A stretch of 64,000 nt of DNA from Squalus acanthias. Taxonomy: Eukaryota. The notes under the pieces were generated by a model. That model saw nothing but the letters and a program-made list of their open reading frames with translations, ran no database searches and was not told the DNA's origin. Below are positions 23,886 through 36,766 of the stretch, in pieces (position 1 is the first letter of the stretch; each line of letters opens with the position of its first letter). The position numbers and the translations under genes are program-made. The stretch is taken from the NCBI GenBank assembly GCA_030390025.1, contig CM059432.1, forward strand, positions 72,356,001-72,420,000, given 5' to 3'.

Positions 23886-25599
23886 CCAGAGGAAAGGATA
23901 CATCAATTATAGAGGGCACAGGATTTTTACTATTTGGCAGGCTTCCCAAGAGTGTAGCACATTATAGATGGAGGCCATGTGGCCATCAGGGCTTCTTATG
24001 AAAACAACAAGGAAGGGATACCATTCCATTACACATAACCTCAAAGACTGGGACAGCACAGCAATGTCATCCTGTATGTCAATGCTCTTTGTACAGGAAG
24101 CACCCACCAAATTTTCATTTTCCACCAGTTTGCATTTTTGAAAGTGGCAAGAGAATGGCTGTTGAGAGACCTGGGCTGCCCAAGCCAATTGGGCGGAGTG
24201 CTGCTGTACAGTCTATCAAAGGAGCGCAAAATCATTACTGTCTGCTGCATACTACATAGTTTTGTAATTCAAGGAGGGATGAGCAAGCAACCCTAGCTTG
24301 AGGAAGCCAATGAGGCAACAGGGCCACCCAGGACGAGGAAGATACAGCAGCAATGGAGAATCATGAAGTTGAGGCAGGAAGAGTGGTCCAATACACCGTA
24401 ATTCAGAAGTACTTCCAGAAAGTCACATCTACTCCCATCTTCCCCTTTCATCTTCCACAAATAGGAGAGTCCACAAATAGCACATTTCTGATTTTGTACA
24501 GACAACCGAGCAGAACGGAGTTTTCTCCTGAGTGCTGTGACTGCTATAATAGAGACTGCTAAACCTGCCCCCCATATTGAAGGCTACTCCAAGAATAAGC
24601 AGTGGGTTAGTGGTTAAGTCATGTGGGTGGTTCACTAACCTAACAATCTTAGGAAAATCCAGTTCATAATAGAAAAGTTCACTGATTTACACTTTCCATA
24701 TGAATATGCTCATAATCATGGAGATCAACCTGAAAATGTCACTAACCCCCCCCCATCCTCCCACAATACTGTGTAATAAAAATGCAATTTAAATCAGTGG
24801 CTGTAATAATGTATGTTACAAGAGATAAAACAATGTATCCTCTGACATGGGAAATCTGTTAGTATCTTAAATGATTTTGATAAAGTAGAAGCTATTAATA
24901 TATAAATATTTCAAATTTTATCCAATCTTCTCAGATACAGTCTATACAACGTTAGTTCAAATGGTAGTTGGGCTAAGCATTCTCGGGCCTACCCCACCAG
25001 TGGAAGTGCGGCAGAGCTGGAGCAGGTGACTTACGTTCCTGACCCCGCTAGAGTATCTGGAATAAGGGGGAGGTTACCTTATTAACATATCAGCATCAAG
25101 CACCTGGATCACTTTGGGCACATCTTGGGCACCCGCCACCAGATTGGGGGGTAAGGATGGGAAAAGTGCTTCTTGGAAAGCTGCCAGACAATTTCCCCTT
25201 GGCCATACTGCACTCCCAGCTGACTTCTGCCAGGAGTGCATTGCTGAAATCTGGGACTAGTAGGATTATATCTTATTTTGTACAAATCTCACCAGCATGC
25301 CTGTCCATCATCCAAGTTGCTGCCCTCCCCCTTCTAATGGCCAGTTACAGAGGTCTGGAAGAAGACTGTCTGCCCATCCTCTTGATTGGGCAATAGTGCC
25401 TTCTGGGGCTGGAGTCTAAAGAGGAAAAAATATATAAGAAAAATTAAAAAGCGCTTCATTGATCTACTCTTGTGTAAGCTCCTTTTTATGAAGCTAAGTA
25501 AACATAGTAGGTAATTATCCAATCTTATAGCTCTTTCATTGCATCTTCTGCATATCCACACCTCAACAAGCACACATTCTGCTGCAACTTGGCACTTAA

Positions 25600-25692
25600 G
25601 AACATAGGAACAGGAGTAGACCATTCAGCTCCTCAAGCCTGTTCCGCCATTCAATTAGATCATGGCTGATCTGTGTCTTAACTCCATCTACT
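25600..25692 (-). mobile_element. Short CR1 3' UTR fragment
   Basis: taagaacataggaacaggagtagaccattcag...; same UTR as other CR1 copies. Confidence 0.7.
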
Positions 25693-26542
25693 TGAAAGCC
25701 TTTCCATATTCATATCTTCCAAGGGCTTCACACATAGAATTAGTGTAACATGCTCTAGGTGCATGGACACTTACTGACACCCAGATGGCCAGCAGGATAT
25801 GCACATGACTATCACTGTTTCTATCAACCTAAACATGTCATGACTACTTATCTGGTTACACAACAAGATGGCATATAATACAAGGGAACAGTGTTAAATT
25901 AGAGAAGGACTCAGAAATTACAAGCCCTTGGAGAAAACCACCATGGACATCTTGGCCTACAAGAGCAAGGAGGTAGTAGAAAAAAGTGAAGCAACAATTC
26001 TTGTCTGAGCTCAAGGCCAATATCAATCTGCTCTCATGCCTTGCCCTCCTTCTCAATCACAGAACCAAAAAAAAAATCACATGCAGTATCTTGCATTGCA
26101 AGCTCATTTTAAAGGTATGTCTTGGAGTGCTCTAGCATGTGTTCCTTTTCTGTCATTGTGGACCTGGGAGAGCAGCCTGCCAGCACTGCCAGAAGTGCAG
26201 AACAAGACAAGCACCAGCACAGTTACACACATTCCCGAGTCTAGATGATAAAGTTAGTGAGGTTGAGGATGTAGCACTGGATGGGACAGAGTGCGCACAT
26301 GAACAGGAGAAGAGGAGGAGCAAGAACCTGCTCTTCACCCGGTCTACCTCCTCAAGTTCACTGTTGAGGAGTTAGGATCAGGATATGTGTAGCTGTGCTG
26401 GTGCTTACAAATGTTAATGAGAGCGATGTGAGGTGCTGTCTTTTTCTGGGTCACTGAAAATCTAACAGGCTGTTTGTCCAGCCCTAAAATAACAGAATAG
26501 AAACAAATATTAGAATGCTGACTACAAGAGATACCTTCAAGA

Positions 26543-26570
26543 ATAAACAAAAACAGAAAATTCTGGAAAC

Positions 26571-26610
<40 letters not shown>

Positions 26611-26810
26611 TGTGTGTGTGTGTTTCCTCCCCCCTTCCCTCTGCTCTGTACCTTTTTAAATATTGTTTATGTGTCATTTCTTCTAGTTCTCATGAGGGGT
26701 CTATACCCAAAACTTTAACTTGTCTGTTTTCTCCACAGATGCTGACTGACCTGTTGAGAGTTACTTGCACTTTCTGTTCTTGTTTTAGATTTCCAGCATT
26801 TGCAGTTGAT
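26543..26810. mobile_element. Decayed Penelope-like inverted fragment containing a (TG)n microsatellite (26575-26623)
   Basis: Inverted aaacagaaaattctggaa arm; ctccacagatgctgactgacctg...tttccagcat matches 14270-14345. Confidence 0.6.
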
Positions 26811-28699
26811 TGCTGTTTGTTTAACTTCAAATGGAGTTGGCCTTACAATGTATTGTGTATGATGTTTGTGTGACAATGAGTGTGAAGGGAGCAAAGACCT
26901 GAGCATGATGGTACCAGCCTTGAGGGAGATCCTCTGCTTCATCTTCCTCAATTTCCTCCATGCTCTTACCATTGAGTACTATTACTTTGCCATATCCCTT
27001 AAAGTGCACCATCTTCTCTTGGTTCTTGCAGATACTGCACATAGTTTTGAATTTGTCCATCACCCCCTCCTCCCATGGTGCACTCTCCTTCCCTGGATAG
27101 TGCCAAAAAGGGCAATCTTTCTCATACCCACTTCATGCAGCACCCTGCCCATTTCACAAGCCATCAAACAGGAGTTGGGTACTGTGCCTCTTTGTCACTT
27201 GCTAACAGACTCTATTTCATGCCCCACATTTTTATTTTTGTCTGCCACATCTTTTGCTCCAATGAGCATTTGGAAAGTCTGAAATGGCATTTTCAACATT
27301 TACCAACTTTTTTAAAGGCTACTAAAATTTTAATTGGCTGTATCCCCTTAAATTTCCTAGCAGCCCTTTAATGACTGCAGTTTTGCACGACTTTGCATTG
27401 CCTCTCTGCCCCCTTTTGACAAGCTCCTGCCTGTAAAAAATTCAAATCAATAATCTTGTACAGACAAAGATACATTTTTGTTATAATTGTTTAATATCAA
27501 TGTGCAGCCTGTGTACTATATCAGCTCCATGATCTGTTTCGTTTTCAGTGAATTTCAGACATGAGCGATGAAATATTTTTGATTTTTTTTCATGTGTGAG
27601 GTTGTGTCATGTTTGGGTAACATCAGAACACCTTCACGCTACATTGCTGCTGCTGGCAGTGGCCCTGTTAGGGTTATCAATTATTTTAAGAACATCACAC
27701 ATTCTCAGCTGTCAGTGTCTAGTGATTTCAAGACAAGGCTTGGAGGAGAGAGTAACTCATCCACACTCCATGAGGTGTGAAGACACAGTTGACTGGAAAC
27801 TATGGAGAAATATAAATATGATATGCACAAAGTGAAACCTGCAGGGAAGAGAAATCTTTAGCATCTGCAAGATGTTGAAAGAGTCATGCCAGTGGTGAAT
27901 GAAGCCTGATGAACAGTGAGCCTGGGCATATTGGATTAATTTATAAGCTGTATAAGTTACCAATTTGGTAAACATATCTCATGAGTCTAAAAACTGTAAT
28001 TAGCTATTGGATTGAGAGCGAGGTTCCTTCTCCTTGATTAGAAGAGTTATGATGATGGAGGAAACAGCAGTTAGCTGTCATTTCTTCCTCTGTCCTTCAC
28101 AACTGGTAGTTTGTGAAATGTGAGCAGTTTTGCATACATTGCTCCTTGCAGCCATTCTTCCTTGGGGGCAAATGTTGTTTCCCTTTGTACACCTGCTGCC
28201 GCGTTCTCTATAGAAGGGTTGCACACAGGACTGGTTGCTCCCCTGCCCACTCAGGGATACAGGGAGAGAACACGTTTCCCTGAGCACTGGCAAGTTCTGC
28301 ACTGCCACCAAAAAGACCAAGCTATCCACTTTTCAAAGTGTGGCCCCAGGAGTCAGGTGCATTGTTCCCAGGGGGATGAACTGTTTGGGATGCTATATGA
28401 GTTCCTCTATGTCCTTCACTGTGCTCTGCTTGCAAGCCAAGGATGTGGATACCTACTAAGAGAGGGTGTGGTATCTGATTTCTGTGTAGCTTGGTGTTCC
28501 ATAAATCACAGTAAGGAATCCGAGTAGAATTTCCTCCGTGCTGCCCATGCTCTGTTCAGTTTATCCGGGTCTACAGCATCCTAACCTAAGGTCCTTAAAG
28601 GGACTGCTGGGGACAACCCAGAAAAAGGTATGTGAACCTTTTCATACTTTTTGCTTCTGTACTGCAAGCTTCTGCCGGCCCAGGCTCACCCCACTCCAC

Positions 28700-31600
28700 A
28701 TCATAGAATCATAGAATGGTTACAGCACAGAAGCAGGCCATTCAGCCCATCGAGCCCATGCCGGCTCTCTGCAAGAGCACTTCAGCTAGTCCCACTCCCC
28801 TGGCCTTTCCCCGTAGCCCTGCGAATTGTTTCCTTCAGGTACTTATTCAATTCCCCTTTGAAAGCCACGATTGAATCTGCCTCCACCGTCCTTTCAAGTA
28901 GTGCATTCCAAATCCTAACCATTCGCTGCATAAAAAAGTTTTTCCTCATGTCGCCTTTGGTTCTTTTGTCAATCAGCTTAAATCTGTGTCCTCTGGTTTA
29001 CAACCTTTCCGCCAATGGGAACAGTTTCTCTCTATCTACTATTGGACACAATAGTCCAGTTGAGGCTGAACCAGTGTTTTATAAAGGTTCATCATAACTT
29101 ACTTGCTTTTGTACACCATGCCTCTATTTAAGAAGCCCAGTATCCCGTATGCTTTTTTAACCGCTTTCTCAACCTGCCGTGCCACTTTCAACGATTTGTG
29201 CACATATACCCCCAGGTCTCTCTGTTCATGCACCCCCTTTAGGATTGTACCCTTTAGTTTATATTGCCTCTCCTCGTTCTTCCTACCAAAATGTATCACT
29301 TTGCACTTTTCTGCGTTAAATTTCATCTGCCACGTGTCCGCCCATTCCTCCAGTCTGTCTATGTCTTCTTGAAGTCGATCACTATCCTCCTCACTGTTCA
29401 CGATACTTCCAAGTTTTGTGTCATCTGCAAATTTTGAAATTGTGCCTTGTACACCCAAGTCCAGGTCATTAATATATATCAAGAAAAGCAGTGGTCCTAG
29501 TACCGACCCCTGGGGAACACCACTGTATACCTTCCTCCAGTCCAAAAAACAACCGTTCACCACTACTCTCTGTTTCCTGTCACTTTGCCAATTTCGTATC
29601 CATGCTGCCACTGTCCCTTTTATTCCATGGGCATCAACTTTGCTGGCAAGCCAATTATGTGGTACTTTATAAAACACCTTTTGGAAATCCATATACACCA
29701 TGACAACCGCATTGCCCTCATCAACCCTCTCTGTTACCTCATCAAGAAACTCGATCAATTTAGAGGCAGATAGCACTAGAGTAAGAAATAGTAAGGTATT
29801 AGGTGGGGCCAGATTAAGAGAGAATACAACAAGGTCTAAGACAGGTTTATAGTGCATGTGTGTAAACGCACGAAGTGTGGTAAATAAGGTTGGCGAGCTG
29901 CAGGCGCAAATAGCCACATGGGAATATGATGTTGTGGCGATAACGGAGACCTGGCTCAAAAAGGGCAGGATTGGGTTTTAAATATTCCTGGATATAAGGG
30001 GGGCGATTATGTCAATGGGGGCGCGTTGGAGGCGGGGCTGCTGCTTGTCGGGTTTTAGTTCCGCCTCCATCGGCTTGTGGCCAACCCATGCTATTTTCCC
30101 TTGATTGACCTTGTTAAGCCCGCCCAGCGGGTCGGCTACCCACCTCCTGGGAAGATGGCATGTAGGCGGGTTGGGGGCGGGATGGGCACCCGCCCCCAGA
30201 TTCTGCCATTTTCCCGGCAGTTCCGCCTCCAAACCCGCCTCCCCAGGGCTGGCAAGATCGCGCCCAAGGTGTTCAGGAAAGATAGAGAAGGAAAGAAAGG
30301 AAGTGGGGTGGCAGTATTGATTAGGGAGAATATTACAGTGCTGGAGAGAGAGAATGTCCTGAACAGGTCAAGGACAGAATCTATTTGGTTAGAGTTAAGA
30401 AATAATAGAGGTGCCATTACACTAGTAGGTATATTCTATAGGCCATCAACTAATGGGAAAGATATAGAGGAGCAAATTTGCAGAGAACTTACAGAGAGGT
30501 GCAAGAACTATAGAGTAGTAATAATGGGGGACTTCAATTATCCTAATATAGACTGGGATAGTAATAGTGTAAAGGGCAGAGAGGGGGAAGAATTTCTGAA
30601 GTGTGTTCAGGAGAACTTTCTTGATCAGTGCGTTTCTGGCCCAACAAGGAAGTAGGCATTGCTGGATCTGGTTCAGGGGAATGAGGTGGGTCAAGTGGAG
30701 CAAGTGTCAGTAGGGGAACATTTAGGGAACAGTGATCATAGTATCATAAGGTTTAGACTAGCTATGCAAAAGGACACAGAGCAATCTAGAGTAAAAATAC
30801 TTAATTGGAGAAAGGCAAATTTCAGTGGGTTGAGAATGGATCTGGCCCAGGTAAATTGGAATCAAAGAATGGCAAGCAAAACTGTAATTGAACAATGGGC
30901 TGTCTTTGAAGAGGAGATGGTTCGGGTACAGTCGAGGTACATTCCCAAGAGGGGGAAAGGTAGGGCAACAAAAGCCAGAGCTCCCTGGATGATGAAAGAG
31001 ATAGAGAGTAAGATGAAGCAGATAAAGAGCACGTATGACAGATATCAGGTTGAGAATACAAGTGAGAATCAGGCTGAATATAGAAAGTTCAGAGGGAAAG
31101 TGAAAAAGAAAATAAGAGGGGCAAAGAGAGAGTATGAAAATAGATTGGCAGCTAATATAAAAGGGAATTCAAAAGTCTTCTATAGGCATATAAATAATAA
31201 ACGTGTAGTAAGAGGAGAGGAGGGGCCGATTAGGGACCAAAAAGGAGACCTACGCATGGAGGCAGAGGGCATGACTGAGGTACTAAATGAGTACTTTGCA
31301 TCTGTCTTCACCAAGGAAGAAGATGCTGCCAAAGTCATAGTGAAAGAGGAGGTAGTGGAGTTGCTGGATGAGATAAAAATTGATAAAGAGGAGGTACTAG
31401 AAAGGCTGTCTGTACTTAAAGTTGATAAGTCACCAAGACCGATGGGATGCATCCGAGGATGCTGAGGGAGGTTAAGGAGGAAATGGCTGCGGTACTAGCC
31501 ATAATCTTCCAATCCTCCTTAGATAAGGAGGTGGTGCCAGAGACCGGAGAATTGTAAATGTTACACCCTTGTTCAAAAAAGGGTGTAAGGATAAATCCAG

Positions 31601-31710
31601 CAACTACAGGCCAGTCAGTTTAACCTCGGTAGTGGGGAAGCTTTTAGAAATGATAATCAGGGACAAAGTTAACAGTCACTTGGACAAGTATGGATTAATT
31701 AAGGAAAGCC
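28700..31710. mobile_element. CR1 LINE with 5' inversion (RT plus 3' end on minus 28700-29760; APE-to-RT start on plus 29763-31710)
   Basis: Plus part: NARSVVNKVGEL...AITETWL...GDFNYP...SDH...LIKES. Minus part resumes at LIEFLDEVT...FADDTK and ends in the catagaat tail. Confidence 0.9.
29999..30265. mobile_element. Harbinger-type MITE inserted in the CR1 endonuclease region
   Basis: TIRs GGGGGCGATTATG and GGGCGCGATCTTG; TSD AAG; removing it restores PGYKVFR. Confidence 0.85.
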
Positions 31711-34193
31711 GTCACTCCTGTGCCCTCGCACCCCCGCCTCAGACCAGGACTTACCTGCAGGCCAGCTCGACATTGGAGCAAGCCAAATTTCCCAAGGCCC
31801 CAGCTCGATTTACGTTCACAGCTTGCCGCTTATATAAAGATGAGGCCTGAAACCCAATTTTCAGCAAGCCTCAGGCCAATGCACATTGGTATATATCTAC
31901 CTGCTATTTTGCAATTGAGAAATCTTGGTGAAAGAACAAGGCCTGGAGCACAGAAATCCACCAAGAGAAGGTAAATCAAGTAGGGACTAGACGATGCCAA
32001 GTTTGGGTTATAAAATATTATTGGAGGAAGAAAAGACGGAGTGAAGTATAGAGCTACATACTACTGAGATTCTGGCAAAAACAGTTACATGGGAAACAGT
32101 CCAATGAGTCTTGAGATTTGAAGACTGAGAATGCAGGGAGGAAGGTAAGCATGTAGGTCAGCAAAGGAAACATTCTCAATAATGTTCTCCTTTTTGCAAC
32201 AGGACAGGAGTCCTGCTGCTTACATGATTATCGTAACTTTTCTAAATTAACAATTTTGATTTTGTGGTGAACAGCCGGATGAGAACAGTGACCATTCCTA
32301 GCCGGCACACCCTCAAACACGATGACACAATCTGCACCTGCACTTAATTTTTACACAGTTTCAGCATCAATCCACATCGTGCCTATGCCAGAAATAAAAT
32401 AGAGTTTTGTTTAGCAGTGAAGCATGTTAAAATAGAGTCTGTTATCTGAAATTGATCTGTAAGTAATGGTCAGCAACTCTTTGAATGCTGAGTATTCTTG
32501 AAGTGTTCAAATTACACGTTCGTATTTCTGTTAAAATTCTTTTCTAGTCTGAAATAGACTGCATAATTCTCACAAATAAAACAATTTATTTATGTGGTTC
32601 TGGTCTATGATCATTGCACATTTATTGCTGTGACCTTTTAGAGTTATTAAATATCTCTATAGGGATTAAAGGAAACACTTTAGCTCAGTGTTAGATTTAC
32701 AAATTGGATTGCTCCTCCTGATCCCACATTTAACCACCTTCCTGATGGCGGCCGCTCCCGACCCCCGAGCCTCCCTGCAGTAACTTTAATGGAAACCCTG
32801 GAGAAACAGTGTAAGTGGCCATTAATGCTGTTTCTCCGCAGTTTCCACCAATCTTCTGCTGCAGTTACGGCAGACGATCAAGGGAACCCTTGCAGAAATT
32901 CCTGGCACGTGTGTGCCAGTGTGTTAGTAAAATCAGGAAGGATAAACACTAGCCATTACTGAAGAATAAAAAAATAGAATCCATTTAATGAAAAAAGTCT
33001 GTCGAGCATAAATAGAACCTGTTTTTGTAATGGTTTTTGTGACTCCCACGCTTTCCCTTGTAGAGGTTTGTGGTTAAGTGCAATTTTAGCTCTGTGGAAC
33101 TTCCATAGATTGGGACACAGAGCGTGGAGTGGAGGAGGAATGGGGCTTTTTCTAAAACACTGACAGCATTAAGATTGAAAAGAGTACATAAGTGCTCTGA
33201 AAAAAGAATCTGTGTATATTTGCACAAAATGTGCTTGCAGATAAGTATGAATTGCACCTTGTGGGGGAGAAATTGATCCCCGTCACTCCTCAAAATGTAT
33301 TAGAGTTGGGGGGAACCAATTTCCGGGTGTGATCTCTCATGGCCGATCTCTCCTGGTAGTGCCCAGAGAGCCGCCTAAAACAGGTGTTAAGCTCCTTGAA
33401 TATGCTAATCAGGAACCAAACACCTGTTTTTGAAGCCACTGACAAATTCAGCAAAAATTGATGGAGCATGCACCAGTTTTTCCGGGGTGTGTAGTGACCT
33501 AACCGGTGTAATTAAAAGACCAAATTACTCGCTCTTACCCTTCCAAGTACCGGCCCGTAAATTGGCATCCCATGTGGTATAAATAGTGAGTTGGAGGGGT
33601 CGGCATTGGGTGATTAATCGAGCACGTGAACATGCAGCTGCAGGTGGAAAGGATTAGTTAGGAAATGGCTCACTGAAGACAGAGATGCAGGCCTAGAAAT
33701 TCGGGGTTTTAGCGCCACCCGTTATCGCCAGAATCAGGCGAGAAAATGGTGGCTGCCGCTCTTCCGCCAGCTGGCGGTGGTTCCCGTGGCAGCTGCCATT
33801 TTTGATGGCCGGCAGCGCTGCGGAAATCAGCGATCGATAAAATCATGGAAATGATGCAGATTGTAACTTCAGTGAGTGTGCAACACTCACTTGACACCCG
33901 ATCTGTGAGCTTGGAGTTCGCTGATCAACTTACCGGCATGCCTTAAGTGCGAGGAGCTGAGCAAACATTGAGAAGCAGGAAGGAGGCTCCAGCAGCGGTA
34001 TTTAAAGGAATGATCAGCAACAACTTGCACCTGACATGTTTGTTCATTTTGACTGACTCTGTGCAATGTTTTGCAACTCCAGCAGCTTTATTAACTTCTT
34101 TCAAGGTTCTAAGGTAACAGGGAGTGTTGGGGCAAGTGGAGAACGCCTTCATTCTTATTTAAAGGCTTCTGCTCACAACACTTGCTCACAGTC

Positions 34194-34850
34194 ATGGGGG
34201 CTCTACTGGCAGTCCCCCTTACGCTCAAGTATCTTAGGGAGAGGGAGTGGAGGCAGCGAAGAGGATGAAAGATGCACACAGAGGGTGTTCCAAGACCACT
34301 TCTCTCATATACATTTAAGCGAGAAGCAGTGGATTAGGAAGGAGGAGGAGCAGGAGGGCTCTCAACAGGAGGTCTTACCCATCTAGGGTCTTCCGAGAGC
34401 ACTTCTCCTACCTGCACCTAAGTGAGTAGCAGTGTGTTAGGAGGCTTTGCTTCACCAAGGAGGTGGTCACAGAACTCTGCCACCTCCTGCAACCAGACCT
34501 GCAGCCTCAGAGCAGGGTGACCACGGCTCTCCCAGTGGCCCTCAAGGTCACCGTGGCCCTCAATTTCTTCACCAACAGATCCTTTCAGTCTGCAGCAGGA
34601 GACATAGTTAACGTCTCGCAGTTCACTGTCTATCGCTGTCTATCGGATGTCACTGGGGCTCTCTACACCAGGAGAAGGGACTACATTATCTACGAGTGTT
34701 CATGTGGCTTTGCCAGGATAGTGGGCTTCCCCATGGTGCAGGGCGCCATCGACTGCACCCATGTGGCTCTGCGGGCGCCATATAACAATCCTGAGATCTC
34801 CCGTAACCGCAAAGGCTACTACTCACTTAATGCGCAGTTGGTGTGCGGCA
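34194..34850 (+). pseudogene. Harbinger transposase N-terminal half
   Basis: TELCHLLQPDL...KVTVALNFF...GFPMVQGAIDCTHVALRAP...NRKGYYSLNAQLVC. Confidence 0.9.
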
Positions 34851-36064
34851 TGGGGCGGCAGCAGTCTGGACTGGCTGGCTGACAGGCAGTGGCAAGGGCA
34901 ATGGCAGAGTGGCAGGGCTGGGAACAAGAATACTGTCATCTTGAGAGAGGACAGCAGGGTCCTGCGCCACTGACCCACTGCCACTCACCCGGGGGCGTCA
35001 CCTCAGCATTCCTAGCCATCTGCTGGGCTGCTGCGAAACCCTGCAAGCCCTGGTCAACACTGGTAAACCCAGCCACGATGACAGCAGTCTGAGCATGGGT
35101 GGCATTAAGCTGAGACTGCATGACAGCGGTCTGCACTTCCGCTGCAGCACTAAGACGGTGGGTCACTTCTGCCTGTGCTGCAATGGCAGCCGCGACATCG
35201 CACATCACATGCACCATTGTGTCTGGGTCGACACGGTCTCTTCAGGAGTCTTCCATCATTTACATCCTGGAATTCCTGGGCTCCAAGCTCTGCACAGAAC
35301 CCCGTGCAATTTTGGAAGCGGACTCCTCCATGCTCCTTGACATTGCCGAGAGGCTCTCTGACAGGCTTGCCATTGTACCTAGCAATTCGGTGTGCATGCC
35401 CATCACCCTTCTTCTGAAGGCCGCCCCATCGAGGTCCTCATCTGAGTCCTGTGCAGCAGAACTCACCCGCAAACTCCTGGATGTCAGCCTGCCCCCCGCC
35501 TGTCTGCCGCTGCTCCCGCTGGTTACGCGCGACCTTGGCCTGCAAGAGGAAGAGAAGTGTGTGAGTGAGTGTGGTGCAATGTGTTTGGGTGATGTGCCTG
35601 GCATAGTTGAACAACTGTCAGTGTATGCAAGGTGTGAGATGTGGGTGAGTGTTGCAGCAGTGGTAATGTTGCGAGGGTGAAGTGAAGCTCTGATTGTGAG
35701 GTGTGAGTGGTGATCGGCAGAGATTGTTGGTAGGTGAGTACTGGGGGTGTGGTGCATTGAGCAGTGTGTGAGGCTTGTGGTGCAGATGGTGGGATATGGC
35801 ATTTGCTGAAGCCTTCACTCACCTTGGCCTGCCATGTGAGGTCATTATACTTCTTGCGGCTCTGGATGGCTGACCTTGGCACCACAGTGCTGGCCGTGAC
35901 ATGGGCGGCTATCTCCTGCCAGAGCCTTTGAGAGGTGTGCAGCGAGAGCTTCTGCCAGACTGTGGGAAGAAGACAGCCCGCCTCCTCTCCACGGCCTCGA
36001 ACAGTGCCTCAAGAGCTGCGTCAGAAAACCTGCAGGCTCTCTCCCTTTGAGGACGCTCCGCCAT
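34850..36064 (-). pseudogene. Harbinger Myb/SANT gene (exon 1 36064-35823; exon 2 from 35539)
   Basis: MAERPQRERACRFSDAALEALFEAVERRR...PRSAIQSRKKYNDL|gtgagt; cag|AKVARNQREQRQTGGG; Ala-rich coiled-coil tail; frameshifted. Confidence 0.85.
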
Positions 36065-36766
36065 GAGTTTGCAGTACCTTCTTCTTGCAGCTACAGTTCT
36101 GAGTGGCTTGACAATGAGGTGCTGTAGCATAAATGCACCTCCCCTTTAAGTACTAAATAAAGCCTGTACCACATATGACTGGGAATTAGACTGGACCTGA
36201 TATTGGCCCACCTGTTGAGCGATAAGCCAATGAGCAGCAGTTTTAGCGCTGAAAATCAAAACTACAATCACATTAATGAGGACTGAGCATGAATTTTGTG
36301 TGTTCCTAGACCATTTTGACCTGGTGCAGCTTAACATCATTGGGTCTTAACACTGCCCGTTTCGTGGCCATATCCAATTTCCAGGCCAAAGCCTTTAAAG
36401 GCCATGGGGGAGAAATTCGGTATCGCCCCGTTTGGGGTGCGATTATCGGCCGGGCGCAAAGTTTAGCGCCTGCCGCTAATTATCGCCTCCGACTGCAAAC
36501 TTGGCTTTTATCGCCCCTGGAGGTGATTGGAGCACTAAATCAGGCGCTGCACACCTGTCTTAAGGCGCAAAGGCTGAGGAGCGAGGCGCTAACTCAGACC
36601 GTGGGCGCAGCGCAGGTGATGTCAGTTAGCGATGGAACACAGACACACTGGCGCCGGACAGTTCTTAAAGGGGAGGGTCGATCTTGCTCTCCAGACACAC
36701 CCTGCTCATTGGAGCCTTGAATCTCGGCCTGGAGAGACCTTTGACTACATTTTCCAGCCAAGGACT

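Larger units (their letters stand above)
21602..24665 (+). mobile_element. Highly decayed Harbinger transposase remnant split by CR1
   Basis: 21720-21950 reads TELCHLLQPD...ALP..KVTTAL..YATGHFQ; 23900-24420 has GFP...IDG.HVA-like remnants. Confidence 0.55.
33690..36387. mobile_element. PIF/Harbinger transposon 2 (internally deleted)
   Basis: TIRs GGCCTAGAAATT and GGCCTGGAAATT; the transposase 5' half is fused at ~34850 to the 3' part of the convergent Myb gene. Confidence 0.8.

Noticed and set aside
25293..25416. Minus-strand exon-like segment with good splice sites
   Set aside because: One open frame but no recognisable protein; surrounded by decayed Harbinger-like sequence, so not called a host exon.
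29099..29959. Novel 286-aa RT fusion protein
   Set aside because: The N-terminal part is antisense CR1 sequence read across the inversion junction.
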